From positions 1-45,193 of the forward strand of contig JANOCA010000578.1 in assembly GCA_031411915.1 (NCBI GenBank): a stretch of DNA of 45,193 nucleotides, written 5' to 3'. A program made the translations under genes and the position numbers. This document shows positions 1 to 10,800 of this stretch, one piece after another. Within the stretch, counting starts at the first letter, position 1; every line of letters starts with the position of its first letter. This DNA comes from Opitutaceae bacterium (GTDB taxonomy: Bacteria; Verrucomicrobiota; Verrucomicrobiia; Opitutales; Opitutaceae). Under the pieces are notes generated by a model, which saw only the letters and a list, made by a program, of their open reading frames with translations, was not told where the DNA came from and made no database searches.

Positions 1-1059
1 CTCGCGCGCTACGAGGGCACGGTGATCGCCGTGACGCACGACCGCTACTTCCTCGACAACGTCGCGCAGTGGATCCTCGAACTGGATCGCGGGCACGGCA
101 TTCCGTGGAAGGGCAACTACTCCTCGTGGCTGGAGCAGAAGCAGGCGCGCGCAGCCGTGCAGCAGCGCACCGAGGACAAGCGGTCCAAGGCGATGGCGCG
201 CGAGCTGGAGTGGATTCGCTCGGGCGCGAAGGCGCGGCAGGCCAAGGGCCAGGCGCGCATCAACGCCTACGAGAAGATGCTCAAGGAGAATGTCACCGAG
301 AAGGAGCGCGAGTTCGAGATCCTCATCCCGCCGGGGCCGCGGCTCGGCACGCTCGTCGTCGAGGCGCAGAAGCTCGCCAAGAGCTACGGCGACAACGTTC
401 TTTTCGAGAACGTGAACTTTTCCCTGCCGCCAGGTGGCATCGTGGGCGTCATCGGCCCCAACGGCGCGGGCAAGACCACGCTCTTCCGCCTCATCATCGG
501 CGCGGAGCAGCCCGGGAGCGGCACGCTGCGCGTCGGCGACACCGTGAAGTTGGCGCACGTCGATCAGTCGCGCGACACGCTGCCCGACACCGAGACGATC
601 TGGCAGGCGATCAGCGGCGGCGAGGAGATCATGCGGCTGCCGGGGCGCGAGGTGAACTCGCGCGCGTATTGCGCGCAGTTCGGCTTCACCGGCCCGGATC
701 AGTCGAAAAAAGTCGGCATTCTCTCGGGCGGAGAGCGCAACCGCGTCCACCTCGCGCGCCTGCTCAAGGCCGGCGCCAACCTCATCCTCCTCGATGAGCC
801 GACCAACGACCTCGACGTGAACTCGATCCGGGCTTTGGAGGAGGCTTTGGAAAATTTCGCCGGCTGCGCGGTCGTGGTGTCACACGACCGCTGGTTCCTC
901 GACCGCGTGGCGACGCACATCCTCGCGTTCGAGGGCGACAGCACGGTGCAGTGGTTCAACGGCAACTACTCCGCGTATCTGGAGGATTTCCGCCGGCGGA
1001 AGGGCAAGGACGCCGACCAGCCGCACCGGATCAAATACCGGAAGCTCGGGCACGGGTGA
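1..1059 (+). CDS. ettA: Energy-dependent translational throttle ABC-F ATPase EttA (5' part outside the window)
   Basis: Frame is open from base 1 (LARYEGTVIAVTHDRYFLD). Contains the inter-ABC linker ELEWIRSGAKARQAKGQARINAYE, Walker A GPNGAGKT, LSGGERNR, LLDEPTNDLD and the EttA-type tail PHRIKYRKL. No TM segments. Confidence 0.93.
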   Translation, partial: LARYEGTVIAVTHDRYFLDNVAQWILELDRGHGIPWKGNYSSWLEQKQARAAVQQRTEDKRSKAMARELEWIRSGAKARQAKGQARINAYEKMLKENVTEKEREFEILIPPGPRLGTLVVEAQKLAKSYGDNVLFENVNFSLPPGGIVGVIGPNGAGKTTLFRLIIGAEQPGSGTLRVGDTVKLAHVDQSRDTLPDTETIWQAISGGEEIMRLPGREVNSRAYCAQFGFTGPDQSKKVGILSGGERNRVHLARLLKAGANLILLDEPTNDLDVNSIRALEEALENFAGCAVVVSHDRWFLDRVATHILAFEGDSTVQWFNGNYSAYLEDFRRRKGKDADQPHRIKYRKLGHG

Positions 1060-1110
1060 GCGGAAGGCCCGAAACTTGACTCCCGCTGTGGCGAACCGCA
1101 TCCGTTGAAC

Positions 1111-1283
1111 GTGAAAACGATGTCTGCTACGCTCCGCCGTTCCAGTGGTGTGCGTTCCTCGAAACGTCCGGCGCGCAACGCGCGGGTGAAGAAACCAGCT
1201 TTGCCGCGATGGCGGAGAAATTTCGCGGCATGCTGAAAGACGGCCCGGCCGATCTTTCCATGCGTGAAGGCTTCGGACGTTAG
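1111..1283 (+). pseudogene. Putative antitoxin of the downstream PIN toxin, split by an apparent 1-nt deletion near 1195
   Basis: Frame 1 from GTG1111 reads MKTMSATLRRSSGVRSSKRPARNARVKKP. Frame 3 continues SFAAMAEKFRGMLKDGPADLSMREGFGR* (TAG 1281-1283). The GPxDLS..GFG tail is typical of antitoxins found in front of PIN genes, and it overlaps the toxin start. Confidence 0.55.
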
Positions 1284-1692
1284 ATATCTCGTCGATGCCG
1301 GCCCGCTCATCGGGTGGCTGAGCCGGAGGGATCAATGGCACGATTGGTCGGTGCGGACGATGCGCGCGATCGACGAGCCGTTGTGGACTTCCGAGGTGGT
1401 GTTCGGCGAGGCCTGCTGGCAGCTCGGGCAAAATTCGGCGGAAGTCGCCGCCCTCCTTGAGCTCGCCGATCGCGGGGCGTTGCACGTGGTGCCGACGATT
1501 GCCGACGGGGCGGCGCGGGTGCGCAGCCTGCCCGCGAATTATCCGGCGATGGACGTGTGCGACGCATCGCTGGTCTTTCTCTCCGAGTGCCACCCTGGGG
1601 CGAGGCTCGTCACGGTCGATGTGCGCGACTTTTCCGTCTATCGGCGGTTTCGCGACGAGCCCCTGCCCTTGGTTTGTCCGGCGCGGAGGTGA
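1264..1692 (+). CDS. PIN-domain (VapC-like) toxin
   Basis: 142 aa with YLVDAGPLI, TSEVVFGEA, MDVCDASLV and TVDVRDFSVYR, which carry the conserved acidic PIN residues. Confidence 0.88.
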   Translation: MKASDVRYLVDAGPLIGWLSRRDQWHDWSVRTMRAIDEPLWTSEVVFGEACWQLGQNSAEVAALLELADRGALHVVPTIADGAARVRSLPANYPAMDVCDASLVFLSECHPGARLVTVDVRDFSVYRRFRDEPLPLVCPARR

Positions 1693-1730
1693 GTCCCGCG
1701 CCGGCTACCGCGGCGACTGCCGAGCGTGGT

Positions 1731-3227
1731 TCAAACAAGCAGCCGCTTCGCCAGATCGTTGTCGCCGCCGACATCGGTCAGGCGCATTTCACGGCCTTGG
1801 AAAAGATACGTGAGCTTCCGGTGATCGAGACCGAGCAACGAGAGCATGGTGGCGTGGGTGTCGTTGACGTGCATCTTGTCGTCGACGGCGCGCAGCCCGA
1901 TCTCGTCGGTGGCGCCGATGATCTTCCCACCTTTGATGCCGCCGCCGGCCATCCACATCGTGTAGCCGTTGGGATTGTGGTCGCGGCCTTTGCCGCCTTG
2001 CGAGGTGGGCGTGCGGCCGAATTCACCGGACCAGACCACGAGCGTTTCGTCGAGGAGGCCGCGCGACTCGAGATCCTGTAGGAGCGCGGCGATGGGACGG
2101 TCGACTTTGCGGGCCTGACGCATGGTGCCTTCGTGAGAGTCGTCGTGATGGTCCCAGTCCTTGCTGTCGCCGCTGCCGGAGATGAGCTGCACGAAACGCA
2201 CGCCGCGCTCGACGAGGCGGCGTGCGATGAGGCAGCGGGTGGCGAAGTCCTTCGTCTTGTCGTCGTCAACCCCGTAGAGCTGTTTCGTGGCTTCGGTTTC
2301 CTTGGTGAGATCGGTGGCCTCGGGCGCGGCGGTTTGCATCCGGAAGGCGAGCTCGTAGGAGGCGATGCGCGAATCGAGCTCCTGCGCGGCGGCGGAGATT
2401 TCGCGGGCGTGGCGGCGGTTGAGCGACTGGGCGAGGTCGAGGATCTGGCGCTGACCGGACTCGGTGGTGCCGGCGGGGCGGTTGACGTAGAGAATCGGCG
2501 TGCCGCTCGTCTGCACAGGCGAGCCTTGGTAAACGGCCGGGAGGAAGCCGTTGCCCCAGCAGGGCGTGCCGCCTTTGATTTTTCCGTCGGGGTCGGTCAT
2601 CACGACCATCGCAGGCAGATTGGCGGAGACGGAGCCGAGGCCGTAGGTGATCCAGGCGCCGACGCTCGGGTAGCCGAGGCGCGACATGCCGGTGGTGAGG
2701 ACGTATTGCGCGGGCGAGTGGTTGAACGCGTCGTGGTAACAACTGCGGATCACGGCGAGCTTGTCGGCGTGCTTTTGCAGGTGTGGAAATGCGTCGGAGA
2801 TCGGGAGGCCGGACTGGCCGCAGGCTTGGAATGGGATTTTGCAGCCGAGGAGGAGCTCTTTGGTGACGTCGGTGAACTGCGCGGGAATTTTGCCGAACGA
2901 GTCCGGCATGCGCTGGCCAGCGAGTCGGTCGAGCATCGGCTTCGGATCGAAGGTCTCCATTTGGCTCGGGCCGCCGGCCATCATGAGGAAGATGACGGAT
3001 TTCGCCCTAGCGGGAAAATGCGGCGGCTTCGCGGCGAGGGGATTGAGCGCAGAGGACGACGCGGCGGTATCGGAGATCGCCGAAGCGAGTGACGCGGCGC
3101 GGCCGTCGCGCTCGAGGAGCGAGAGGAGCGCCCACGCGCCCATGCCGCCGGCGACGTTGGTGATCCAGTGGCGGCGGGAGGTGAGATCGGGCGCAGTGGA
3201 GAAAGGACCGGGGCAGCGGAGGGGCAT
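1731..3227 (-). CDS. DUF1501 family protein (Planctomycetota/Verrucomicrobiota type) with Tat-like leader
   Basis: SRRHW leader; motifs PHFPARAKSVIFLMMAGGPSQMETFDPKP, ARRLVERGVRFVQ, GEFGRTP, GRDHNP, YLFQGREMRLTDV. Confidence 0.92.
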   Translation of the reverse strand: MPLRCPGPFSTAPDLTSRRHWITNVAGGMGAWALLSLLERDGRAASLASAISDTAASSSALNPLAAKPPHFPARAKSVIFLMMAGGPSQMETFDPKPMLDRLAGQRMPDSFGKIPAQFTDVTKELLLGCKIPFQACGQSGLPISDAFPHLQKHADKLAVIRSCYHDAFNHSPAQYVLTTGMSRLGYPSVGAWITYGLGSVSANLPAMVVMTDPDGKIKGGTPCWGNGFLPAVYQGSPVQTSGTPILYVNRPAGTTESGQRQILDLAQSLNRRHAREISAAAQELDSRIASYELAFRMQTAAPEATDLTKETEATKQLYGVDDDKTKDFATRCLIARRLVERGVRFVQLISGSGDSKDWDHHDDSHEGTMRQARKVDRPIAALLQDLESRGLLDETLVVWSGEFGRTPTSQGGKGRDHNPNGYTMWMAGGGIKGGKIIGATDEIGLRAVDDKMHVNDTHATMLSLLGLDHRKLTYLFQGREMRLTDVGGDNDLAKRLLV

Positions 3228-3234
3228 CGGAACA

Positions 3235-3274
3235 GGGGAGAAGGAGAGAGGGGGAGACGGGGAGAAAGGGAGCG
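3235..3274. repeat. Five imperfect 8-nt purine-rich tandem units
   Basis: ggggagaa ggagagag ggggagac ggggagaa agggagcg. On the coding (-) strand this is a pyrimidine tract just 5' of the DUF1501 start. Confidence 0.6.
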
Positions 3275-3281
3275 GGGATTG

Positions 3282-3314
3282 GAAGTAGGTCGGGTCTGTG
3301 ACCCGCCCTACTTC
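3282..3314. repeat. GTAG-containing REP-like palindrome
   Basis: GAAGTAGG-T-CGGGTC-TGT-GACCCG-C-CCTACTTC: 15-bp arms with one mismatch, abutting the stop codon at 3315. Confidence 0.65.
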
Positions 3315-6080
3315 TCACTGCTGGTAGATGAATTCGTTGGTGTTGAAGAGCGCGAGGCAGAGGTCGGCGACGGCGGTTTGGGGATCGGCGGCGCGGGCGC
3401 GGAGGAAGGCGCTCGCAGAGGCGAGTTCCTCGGCGGAGATCGGGCGCGAATAGACGAGCGGCCAGGCGCGGGCGGGGACGGCGTCGAGGGAGTTGTTCGT
3501 TCCGCGGAGCAGGCGCGTGGCGAAGGCGGCGGCCTGCTCCCGCATCGTGCGGTTGTTGAGGAGCGTGAGCGCTTGGTTCGGGATCGTCGTGATATCGCGG
3601 CGGCCGCAGCTCGTGATGTTGTCGGGGAGGTCGAAGGCGCTGAGCATTGGAAAGCGGAAGGAGCGTTTCACGAGAAGATAGATCGCGCGGCGGTTGGACT
3701 CGGCGGGCGTGCTCGCGGGCCACTTGCGGTAGTTGCCGAGCTGCTCCTGCTCGTCGAGCGGCGGGGCGATGGGCAGGCCGAACATCGTGAGGTCGAGCGT
3801 GCCGGCGGCGGCGCGGATGCCGTCCCAGATGATCTCAGCCTGGAGGCGGTGCGGTTGGAAGCGCGTGAGCAGGCGGTTGTCGGGATCGCGCGTGAGCGTG
3901 GCGGCGTCGGCGGTCGCGGCCATCTGGTAAGCCGACGAGCGCATGATGACGCGATGAAGATGCTTGAGGGACCAGCCGTGCTCGACCAGCTCGGTCGCGA
4001 GCCAATCGAGCAACTCGGGATGCGTGGGGCGGTCGCCGCGGATACCGAAATCATTCGGCGTGCGGACGAGGCCTTCGCCAAAATGCCATTGCCAGACGCG
4101 GTTCGCGATGACGCGGGCGGTGAGGAGATTCTGATCGGAGGCGATCCACCCGGCGAGGGCGGCGCGGCGTCGGTTAGGCGCGGCTTCGGCGACCGCCGCG
4201 ATGGCGGCAGGCGGCGCGAATTTTTCCGGGAGGCCGGGCGGGACAATGTCGCGGGGGTGGTCGAGTTCGCCGCGGTGGAGAAGTTGGATCTCGAGTGGAG
4301 TCTCGCGGTGGGCGAGCACGCGGATGGGAATCGAGGACGGCGCTTCGAGATTCTTGCGGCCGAGTTCGTGGCGGAGCGCGGCGAGATCGGCGATGTAGCC
4401 ATCGGGCGGGGCGCGGTCGATTTGCAGGCGGCCGAGTTCGACGAGGAAATTGCGCTTCTCGTCGTCGGTCGTGAGCGCGTTGAACGCGCGGCGACCGCCC
4501 AAGGTCGCGTCCGGTCGTGCGGTCGTGGCGGTGGCATCTGCCGGGGCAGCGACGGGGCGACGCTGGACGCGCGGCGTCTGGATGGGATTGAGCAGGGCGA
4601 CGACACCGACGTTGAGCAGGGCGGCCTCGGCTTTGTCGGCGGGCGCACCAGCCACGAGGCCGCGAAGCTGGGCCTTGAGGGCGATGAGGTTGTTGTCGTC
4701 GCCGTCTTCCTCGTCGAGCGCGTCGCTGGAGTCGGCGGATTGGGCGCCGCGGTGGAAGCGCGCGACGGCACGCTGGATGGTGTCGTGGCGCCGGCTGTTA
4801 TCGACGCGGGCCTTCAGCGCGGCGTCGGCCTCGATGTAGGCGTCGCCGGTCTTGCGGAGGAGCTCGGCGAGGCGGACGGGATCGGTCTCGCGCTGGGCGC
4901 GGGTGCGGGCCTGCTCGGCCTCGAATTCCTTCTGCGTGTTCTTGAGGGCGGCGCGGTCGCGCAGCTTCGTCCCATCGACGGAGAAATCGAACTGGTCGCT
5001 CGCGGCGAAGACGGCTTGGAGGGCGAAGTATTCCTTCTGCGAAACGGGATCGTATTTGTGATCGTGGCAGCGGGCGCAGCCGACGGTGAGACCGAGGAAG
5101 GCGGCGCCGGTGGTGTCGGCGAAGTCGGTGTGCTGGTCGTATTCGAGTTTGCCTTTCACCATGCCGGCTTCCTGCAGGACGGGGCCGGTCGTGTAGAGGC
5201 CGGTGGCCAGGCGGGCTTCGGGATCGCCCGGGAAGAGTTCGTCGCCGGCGATCTGCTCCTGAATGAAACGGTTGAAGGGCTTGTCGGCGTTGAACGAACG
5301 GATGACGTAGTCGCGATAGCGCCACGCGTGGCCGAAGAAGAGGTCCGTCTCGAAGCCGCCGGAGTCGGCGTAGCGCGCGACATCGAGCCAGTGGCGGCCG
5401 TAGCGCTCGCCGTAGTGAGGCGAGGCGAGGAGGCGATCGATGAGCCGCGCGTAGGCGTCGGGCGAGCGGTCGGCCACGAAGGCTTCGATCTCGGCGGGCG
5501 TGGGGGCGAGGCCGGTGAGATCGAGCGCGGCGCGGCGGATGAGCGTCGTGCGCGACGCGGGGCCGGCGGGGCGAAGTTTTTCGGAGGCGAGGCGTTGGAG
5601 GATAAAATGATCGACGGGAGACTGCGGCCAGCCCGCGGGGGCGGCGGCGATGGAGGGCAGCGCGGGCCGCACCGGCGGGACGAACGCCCAGTGCTCCGCA
5701 TACTCCGCGCCCTGATCGATCCAGTCGCGGAGGACGCGGATTTCCGCGGCGTGGAGCTTCCGGCCCTTGTCGGGCGGCGGCATGATCTCGTCCTCCGCGG
5801 TGCTGGTGATGCGTGCGATGAGCTCACTCGCGGCAGCGCGGCCGGGAACGATGGGCGTGAAGCCCGCGCGCGCGGTGGTCGCGCTCTCGCGCACGTCGAG
5901 CCGGAGTCTGGCTTCGCGCGTCTCTGAGTCTCGGCCGTGGCAGGCGAAGCAGTTGGCGGAAAGGATCGGCAGCACATCGCGACCGAAGTCGACTTTCTCG
6001 GCGGCGGAGGCGGAACACAGGGCGACGGCGGCGGCGAGCAAGCGGCGAATGGGGAAGGAAGGCATGAGCGAGGGTTTCAT
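3315..6080 (-). CDS. Planctomycete cytochrome c / DUF1549 / DUF1553 (PSCyt-PSD1) protein
   Basis: Signal peptide; VDFGRDVLPILSANCFACHG (CxxCH); SPHYGERYGRHWLDVARYADS; second CARCHDHKYDP; PTHPELLDWLA; C-terminal LFNTNEFIY. Canonical neighbour of DUF1501. Confidence 0.92.
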   Translation of the reverse strand: MKPSLMPSFPIRRLLAAAVALCSASAAEKVDFGRDVLPILSANCFACHGRDSETREARLRLDVRESATTARAGFTPIVPGRAAASELIARITSTAEDEIMPPPDKGRKLHAAEIRVLRDWIDQGAEYAEHWAFVPPVRPALPSIAAAPAGWPQSPVDHFILQRLASEKLRPAGPASRTTLIRRAALDLTGLAPTPAEIEAFVADRSPDAYARLIDRLLASPHYGERYGRHWLDVARYADSGGFETDLFFGHAWRYRDYVIRSFNADKPFNRFIQEQIAGDELFPGDPEARLATGLYTTGPVLQEAGMVKGKLEYDQHTDFADTTGAAFLGLTVGCARCHDHKYDPVSQKEYFALQAVFAASDQFDFSVDGTKLRDRAALKNTQKEFEAEQARTRAQRETDPVRLAELLRKTGDAYIEADAALKARVDNSRRHDTIQRAVARFHRGAQSADSSDALDEEDGDDNNLIALKAQLRGLVAGAPADKAEAALLNVGVVALLNPIQTPRVQRRPVAAPADATATTARPDATLGGRRAFNALTTDDEKRNFLVELGRLQIDRAPPDGYIADLAALRHELGRKNLEAPSSIPIRVLAHRETPLEIQLLHRGELDHPRDIVPPGLPEKFAPPAAIAAVAEAAPNRRRAALAGWIASDQNLLTARVIANRVWQWHFGEGLVRTPNDFGIRGDRPTHPELLDWLATELVEHGWSLKHLHRVIMRSSAYQMAATADAATLTRDPDNRLLTRFQPHRLQAEIIWDGIRAAAGTLDLTMFGLPIAPPLDEQEQLGNYRKWPASTPAESNRRAIYLLVKRSFRFPMLSAFDLPDNITSCGRRDITTIPNQALTLLNNRTMREQAAAFATRLLRGTNNSLDAVPARAWPLVYSRPISAEELASASAFLRARAADPQTAVADLCLALFNTNEFIYQQ

Positions 6081-7735
6081 GGCCGGACGGATCGGCGCGC
6101 GCGCAACTCCTCGGCGCGGGCGAAGTGGCGCGCGGCCTCGTCTGGGCGGCCGATGAGGAGCAGGGCCTTGGCCCAGTTTTCCTCGATGTTGGGCAGGCGG
6201 GGATTGAGCGCGGCGGCGCGGGCGAACTCCGCGAGCGCATCGTCGGCGCGGCCGCTGCGGGCGAGCGCGATGCCGAGGTTGTTGTGCGCCTGGTAAACGC
6301 CCGGCTTCAGGCGCAGCGAGTCGCGCAGGTAGGCGATGGCTTCGGTGGGCCGGCCGCTGTTGTTGAGGGCGAGGCCGAGGTTAGTGAGGGCTTCCGGGTA
6401 GGCCGGGCGGAGTTCGAGGGCGCGCTGGAAGCACGCGATGGCCTCGGGGAGCCGGGCCGGATCGGCGAGGAGTTCCTTACCGAGGTTGTTGTGCGCCATC
6501 CAGCACGCGGGATTCCGCGCGAGGGTGGAGCGGTAGAGCGTCTCGATATCGCGATAGGCGCCAGCCTGCCGAAAACTCAGAATAGCGAGGACGGCGACGA
6601 GCAGCACGGCGGGCCAGCGGCCGGTGCGGCGGAGAAGTGGCGCGATCATGGCGGCGACGGCGGCGAGGACGGGCAGGCTGGCGAGGTATTGGAAATGATC
6701 CGCGACAAACGAATACAGGAACGGGTAGACGTTGAAGAACCCGAGGACGGGAAACAGCAGTCCGCCGAAGAGGAGGAAGACCGCGAGCGGCGTGCGCGAG
6801 CGCAGCCGCCACGCGAGGCCGAGCGCGGCGACGGCGGCGACGAGCGGGAGCCACGCGAGCGGCGAGGCAGGCAGAATTTCCCAACGTGGATAGATGAACG
6901 TGAGGCCCGCGGGCCAGGCGAGTTTCCCGAGGTAAAACCAGGCGATGTGCGGCGCGAGCAAGGTGCGCTGCAGCGCGGAGAGTTCGAAGGCCGCGCCCTC
7001 CGCGCCGATGAGTGCGCGCTCAAACCACATCGTAAAAAGGCCCGCGGCGGCGCCGGCGACGAGCCAAGGGACGAGTGGGCGAACATCATCACGCCATGCG
7101 AGCCGGCCGCGCTGCCACCACGCGATGACAAGGAGGGCGGCGGGCAGCGTGGCGACCACAGACTTCGTCAGCAGAGCGAGCAGAAAAAGAACGGACGCGA
7201 TCGCATACGCGAGCGGGCGGCGCGTGACTTCGAAGCGCAGGTAGGCGAACATCGCCGCGAGGCCGAGGGCGGCGGAGAGAGTGTTCTTTTGCTCGCTGAT
7301 CCACGCGACGGACTCGACGTGGACGGGATGAAACGCGAACAGCGCCGCGGCGAGCCACGCGCCGGGCACCGCGAGCCGGAGCAGCACGCACGCGAACAAC
7401 ACCGCGGCGAGCGCGTGCAGCGCGAGCGTGGCGAGGTGATAGCCGAGCATGGCGTCGCCCCAGAGCGCGTGCTGCAGCCAGAACGCGGAATGGAGGACCG
7501 GGTAGTATTGCTGCGTGGCGCCGACTTCGGTCCAGATGCGGCCGAGGCCCTCCAGCGATTGCAGCGGGACGGCGGTAAGGTGGCGCTCGTCGTCCCAGAG
7601 CAGGCCGCCGCGCAGCGCCGGAAAATAGACGACGACGAGCGCGCCAAGGAGCGCCACGGCGCGCAGCACGATCGGTCGCACCGGTTCCGGTGAGATTGCA
7701 GCGGCGGCGGATGCGGGCGGGGACAAGCGGGGCAC
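6077..7735 (-). CDS. TMTC-like GT-C membrane protein with C-terminal TPR repeats
   Basis: LLWDD motif after the first TM helix, QYYP, FAFHPVHVESVAWISEQKN, VADHFQYLA, multiple TM helices, then TPRs (AHNNLG, ALTNLG, AHNNLG). Start placed at GTG 7735; the extension to 8260 overlaps the receptor gene. Stop overlaps the next start (ATGA). Confidence 0.82.
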   Translation of the reverse strand: MPRLSPPASAAAAISPEPVRPIVLRAVALLGALVVVYFPALRGGLLWDDERHLTAVPLQSLEGLGRIWTEVGATQQYYPVLHSAFWLQHALWGDAMLGYHLATLALHALAAVLFACVLLRLAVPGAWLAAALFAFHPVHVESVAWISEQKNTLSAALGLAAMFAYLRFEVTRRPLAYAIASVLFLLALLTKSVVATLPAALLVIAWWQRGRLAWRDDVRPLVPWLVAGAAAGLFTMWFERALIGAEGAAFELSALQRTLLAPHIAWFYLGKLAWPAGLTFIYPRWEILPASPLAWLPLVAAVAALGLAWRLRSRTPLAVFLLFGGLLFPVLGFFNVYPFLYSFVADHFQYLASLPVLAAVAAMIAPLLRRTGRWPAVLLVAVLAILSFRQAGAYRDIETLYRSTLARNPACWMAHNNLGKELLADPARLPEAIACFQRALELRPAYPEALTNLGLALNNSGRPTEAIAYLRDSLRLKPGVYQAHNNLGIALARSGRADDALAEFARAAALNPRLPNIEENWAKALLLIGRPDEAARHFARAEELRARRSVRP

Positions 7736-7812
7736 GAGCGGTTGATGGACAAAAGCGTCGGCCCCGGGAAGGACCGACGCGGCGCGACGGGCACGCGATG
7801 AGAAACTGGAGC

Positions 7813-10800
7813 TCAGCGCGACCAAGGAAGACGGAAGGGCAGATCGCCGAACTCGCCCGTGACGCCGATCGTCAGGGTGCGGCCGAGCGAGTTGGACGTG
7901 GCCAAGCTGTAGTTCCCCGGGCGCTCGGCGAAACGCTGCTCGGTCACGCGGAGGCCGTTGAGCATGTTCTGGCCGGAGATGAAGACGCGCGCCCATTTCG
8001 AGACCGCGTAGTCGAAGCTCACGTCGATCAGGTGCTGCGCCTCGCGGACCTGGCGGCCGACGTAGCTGTTGCTCGTGATGCGGGGATTCTCGATTTGCAG
8101 GCCGTTCATACGGTAGCCGAAGCGGCCGGAGAATTTCCGGTTGCGATAGTGGAGGTTGGCGGAGTTGGTCCACGCGCGGTTGACGCCGAGTTCGTTGCCG
8201 TTGGCGCCCTTCCGGTTGAGGTAGGAGGAGGTGACGGTGACGTTGAAGCCGCGGCCCCAACGGTGGAGCGCGCCGAGGTTCTGGCGGAACTCGAACTCCG
8301 CGCCGTCGATCCGGGCGCTGCCGGAATTGACGCGATATTGCAGCGAGTAGCCGACGTATTCCGGGCCGATGCCGACATCCGGAAACTGGTTGGCGGCGGC
8401 GGTGACTTCGGCCGCTGTCATCGGAGGCGTGTCGAACACGGGCTGGAAGTTAACGACGTTCTTCCGGAAGAGGCCGAAGCCAATCACGCCACCGGAATCC
8501 GTGTAGTAGGAGAGGCGGCCCTCGAAGTTGTCGGCGGTCCACGGATTGAGGTCGGGATTCTGGACGGTGATGCGGCCGAGCGCGCCGGCGGCGTCGCCGG
8601 TGGTGATCGGGTCATCCGAGATCGTGTTGTTCGGGATCAGCGCGCTGGCGAAGTCGATCCGACCCTGCGTCTTGGCGTAGCCGGCCTGGAGGACGAGTTT
8701 CTCCGAGATGTTGTAGGAGGCGTGCAGGCTGGGGAAATAGCCGTCGTTCTGGCCCTCGTTCGTGGCGCCCTTGGCCTTGTAGACGGCGTTGGTGAACGCG
8801 AGCGAAGCGCGACCGAGGTTGGTGGCGGTATCCGTGGTCTTGCCCGCGGCGCGGTCGGCGTTGCCGGCGGCCTGGATCGCCGGGGTGAAGATCGGCGCAC
8901 CGGTCCGCACGGCCGGCAGCACGGTGGGGGCGAAGGCGAGCTGGTAGTTCACGACGTTGGCGGTGCCGCGGTTGACGACGAGCAGGTTGCCGGCGGCATC
9001 GCGGTCGTTGAGGCGGACGGTCGAGCCGTCGGCGTATTTCATGTAGGCGTTGCTGTTCTCGGTGAGGAGGCCGCGGGCGGTGGCTTCGGATTTTTCGTAG
9101 CGCACGCCGCCGGTGAGGCGGAGGCGGTTGCGCAGGAGCCGCGAGTCGAACTGGAGATACGGCGCGGTGATCGTCTCGGTAAGATCGTAGGCGGCGTTTT
9201 GCGTGAGCGTGAGGCGGGCGGAGCGCTCCTCGTCGAAGACGAACCAGCGGGGGTTGGTCTTATACAGGCTTTGGAGTTTCGAGAGGCTGATGCGCGCGGT
9301 GCCGGGGTAGCCGTATTCGGAATCGGGGCGGCGCGGGAGATGGTCGGCGGCGATGAGCGCGGTAGAGTCGTCGGCCGAATCGGGGATGCCATCCGCACCG
9401 ACGAAACGCCACGCGAGCGAATCGTAGCGGCGGTTGCGGAAGCGCTCGCTCCAGTCGAGGCCGGCCTGGACGGAAAGCGGATTCTCGAAATTGAAATGGC
9501 GCTTCGCGAAGAGTTTTGTGGTCGTGAGGATTTCCTTCGAGGAGCCGGGGCGGGCGCGGGCGCCGCCGATGCGCTGGGTCTCGTGGCTGCCCCAGTCGAC
9601 GGGACGGTTGTAGTCCGCCATGTTGGTGCTGGCGGCGCCGTTGGCGGTGGTCCAGGCGGTGATTTTCTTGGGCCCCCAGTAGTCGTGCTCGAAGTCGAGG
9701 GTGAGCGGGATCGGGTTGGCGGTGCCGAAGCCGACGCCGGTTTCCGGCACGTTGTTGAGCCCGGTGAGGCCGCTGACGGTCGTGCTGTTGAAGAAGCCGT
9801 GCTCCTGATCGTAGTATTGGTAGCGGGAGTTGGACCAGCCGCCCTTGGCGTTGAGCTCCCACTGGCCCGATTTCCAGCGGGCATCGAGCACGGTGGAAAT
9901 TCCGGGGTTGTAGATGTCGCGCCAGAGCGGGCTCTCCTGGCGGGCGGAGCCGCCGCCGACGCGGCCGAGGGTGCGGCTGGCGTCGTTGTAGCGCGAGACG
10001 TTGCCGGTGCCGGTGGCGGATGGGTGCCAGACATAACGGATGTCGTCAGCGACCTGCTTCCAACCCTCGGTGCCGCTGAGCGACCAGCCAAGCGTGAGCT
10101 CGCGGCGCGGGCGCCAGTCGAGGCGGGTGCTGGCGTAGTTCTTGCCCTGCTGGAGGGGCGCGTTGTGGTTGAGCGCGTTGTTCATGGCCGGGTTGTAGTT
10201 GCTCGGCACGGTCGGCACGGGCTGCCTGGCGGCGATCGCGGCGGCGGCGGCGGTGTCGTTGGCGGCGCTGCCGAAATTCCAGCGCGGGAGCGACCAGTGG
10301 GTGTTCACGACCGTGTCCTCCTGGCCGAGCACGAACGAGAAGCCGAAGTTCTTGGTGACGGGCTCGGTCCAGCTCAACTGCCAGTTCGGGCGCCAGCGGG
10401 GGACGGAGCGATCCTTGGGACCGTCCATGTCCTTGAACGTGAAATCCTCGCCGTCGGCGCGGAAGAGCACTTGGTAGCGGACCTGGCGCTTGCTGTATTC
10501 GAAGGCGGAGCGGCGGATGAGATTGATGGAGCCGCCGATGGCGTTGGAGCTGTCTTCCGGGAGAGGGAGCTTGCGGATCTCGGCGCGGGCGATGTCGGCC
10601 ATTGTGGCGTATTGCACCTCGAAGCCGCGGCCCACGCCCTCGGCGTTCATGCTGGCGACGGCCATGCCGTCGAAGTTCATCTCGGTGTTGTTGGCACCGA
10701 GGCCGCGCACGCTGACGCCGGTAATGTTGTTGGCGAAGTATTCGACATCGATCCCGGGGAGATATTTCAGGAACTCGCCGGGATTGGAGTCCACCATGGT

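Noticed and set aside
3168-5927. 919-aa plus-strand ORF
   Set aside because: Antisense shadow of the PSD1/cytochrome gene; no motifs, and expected from high-GC codon bias.
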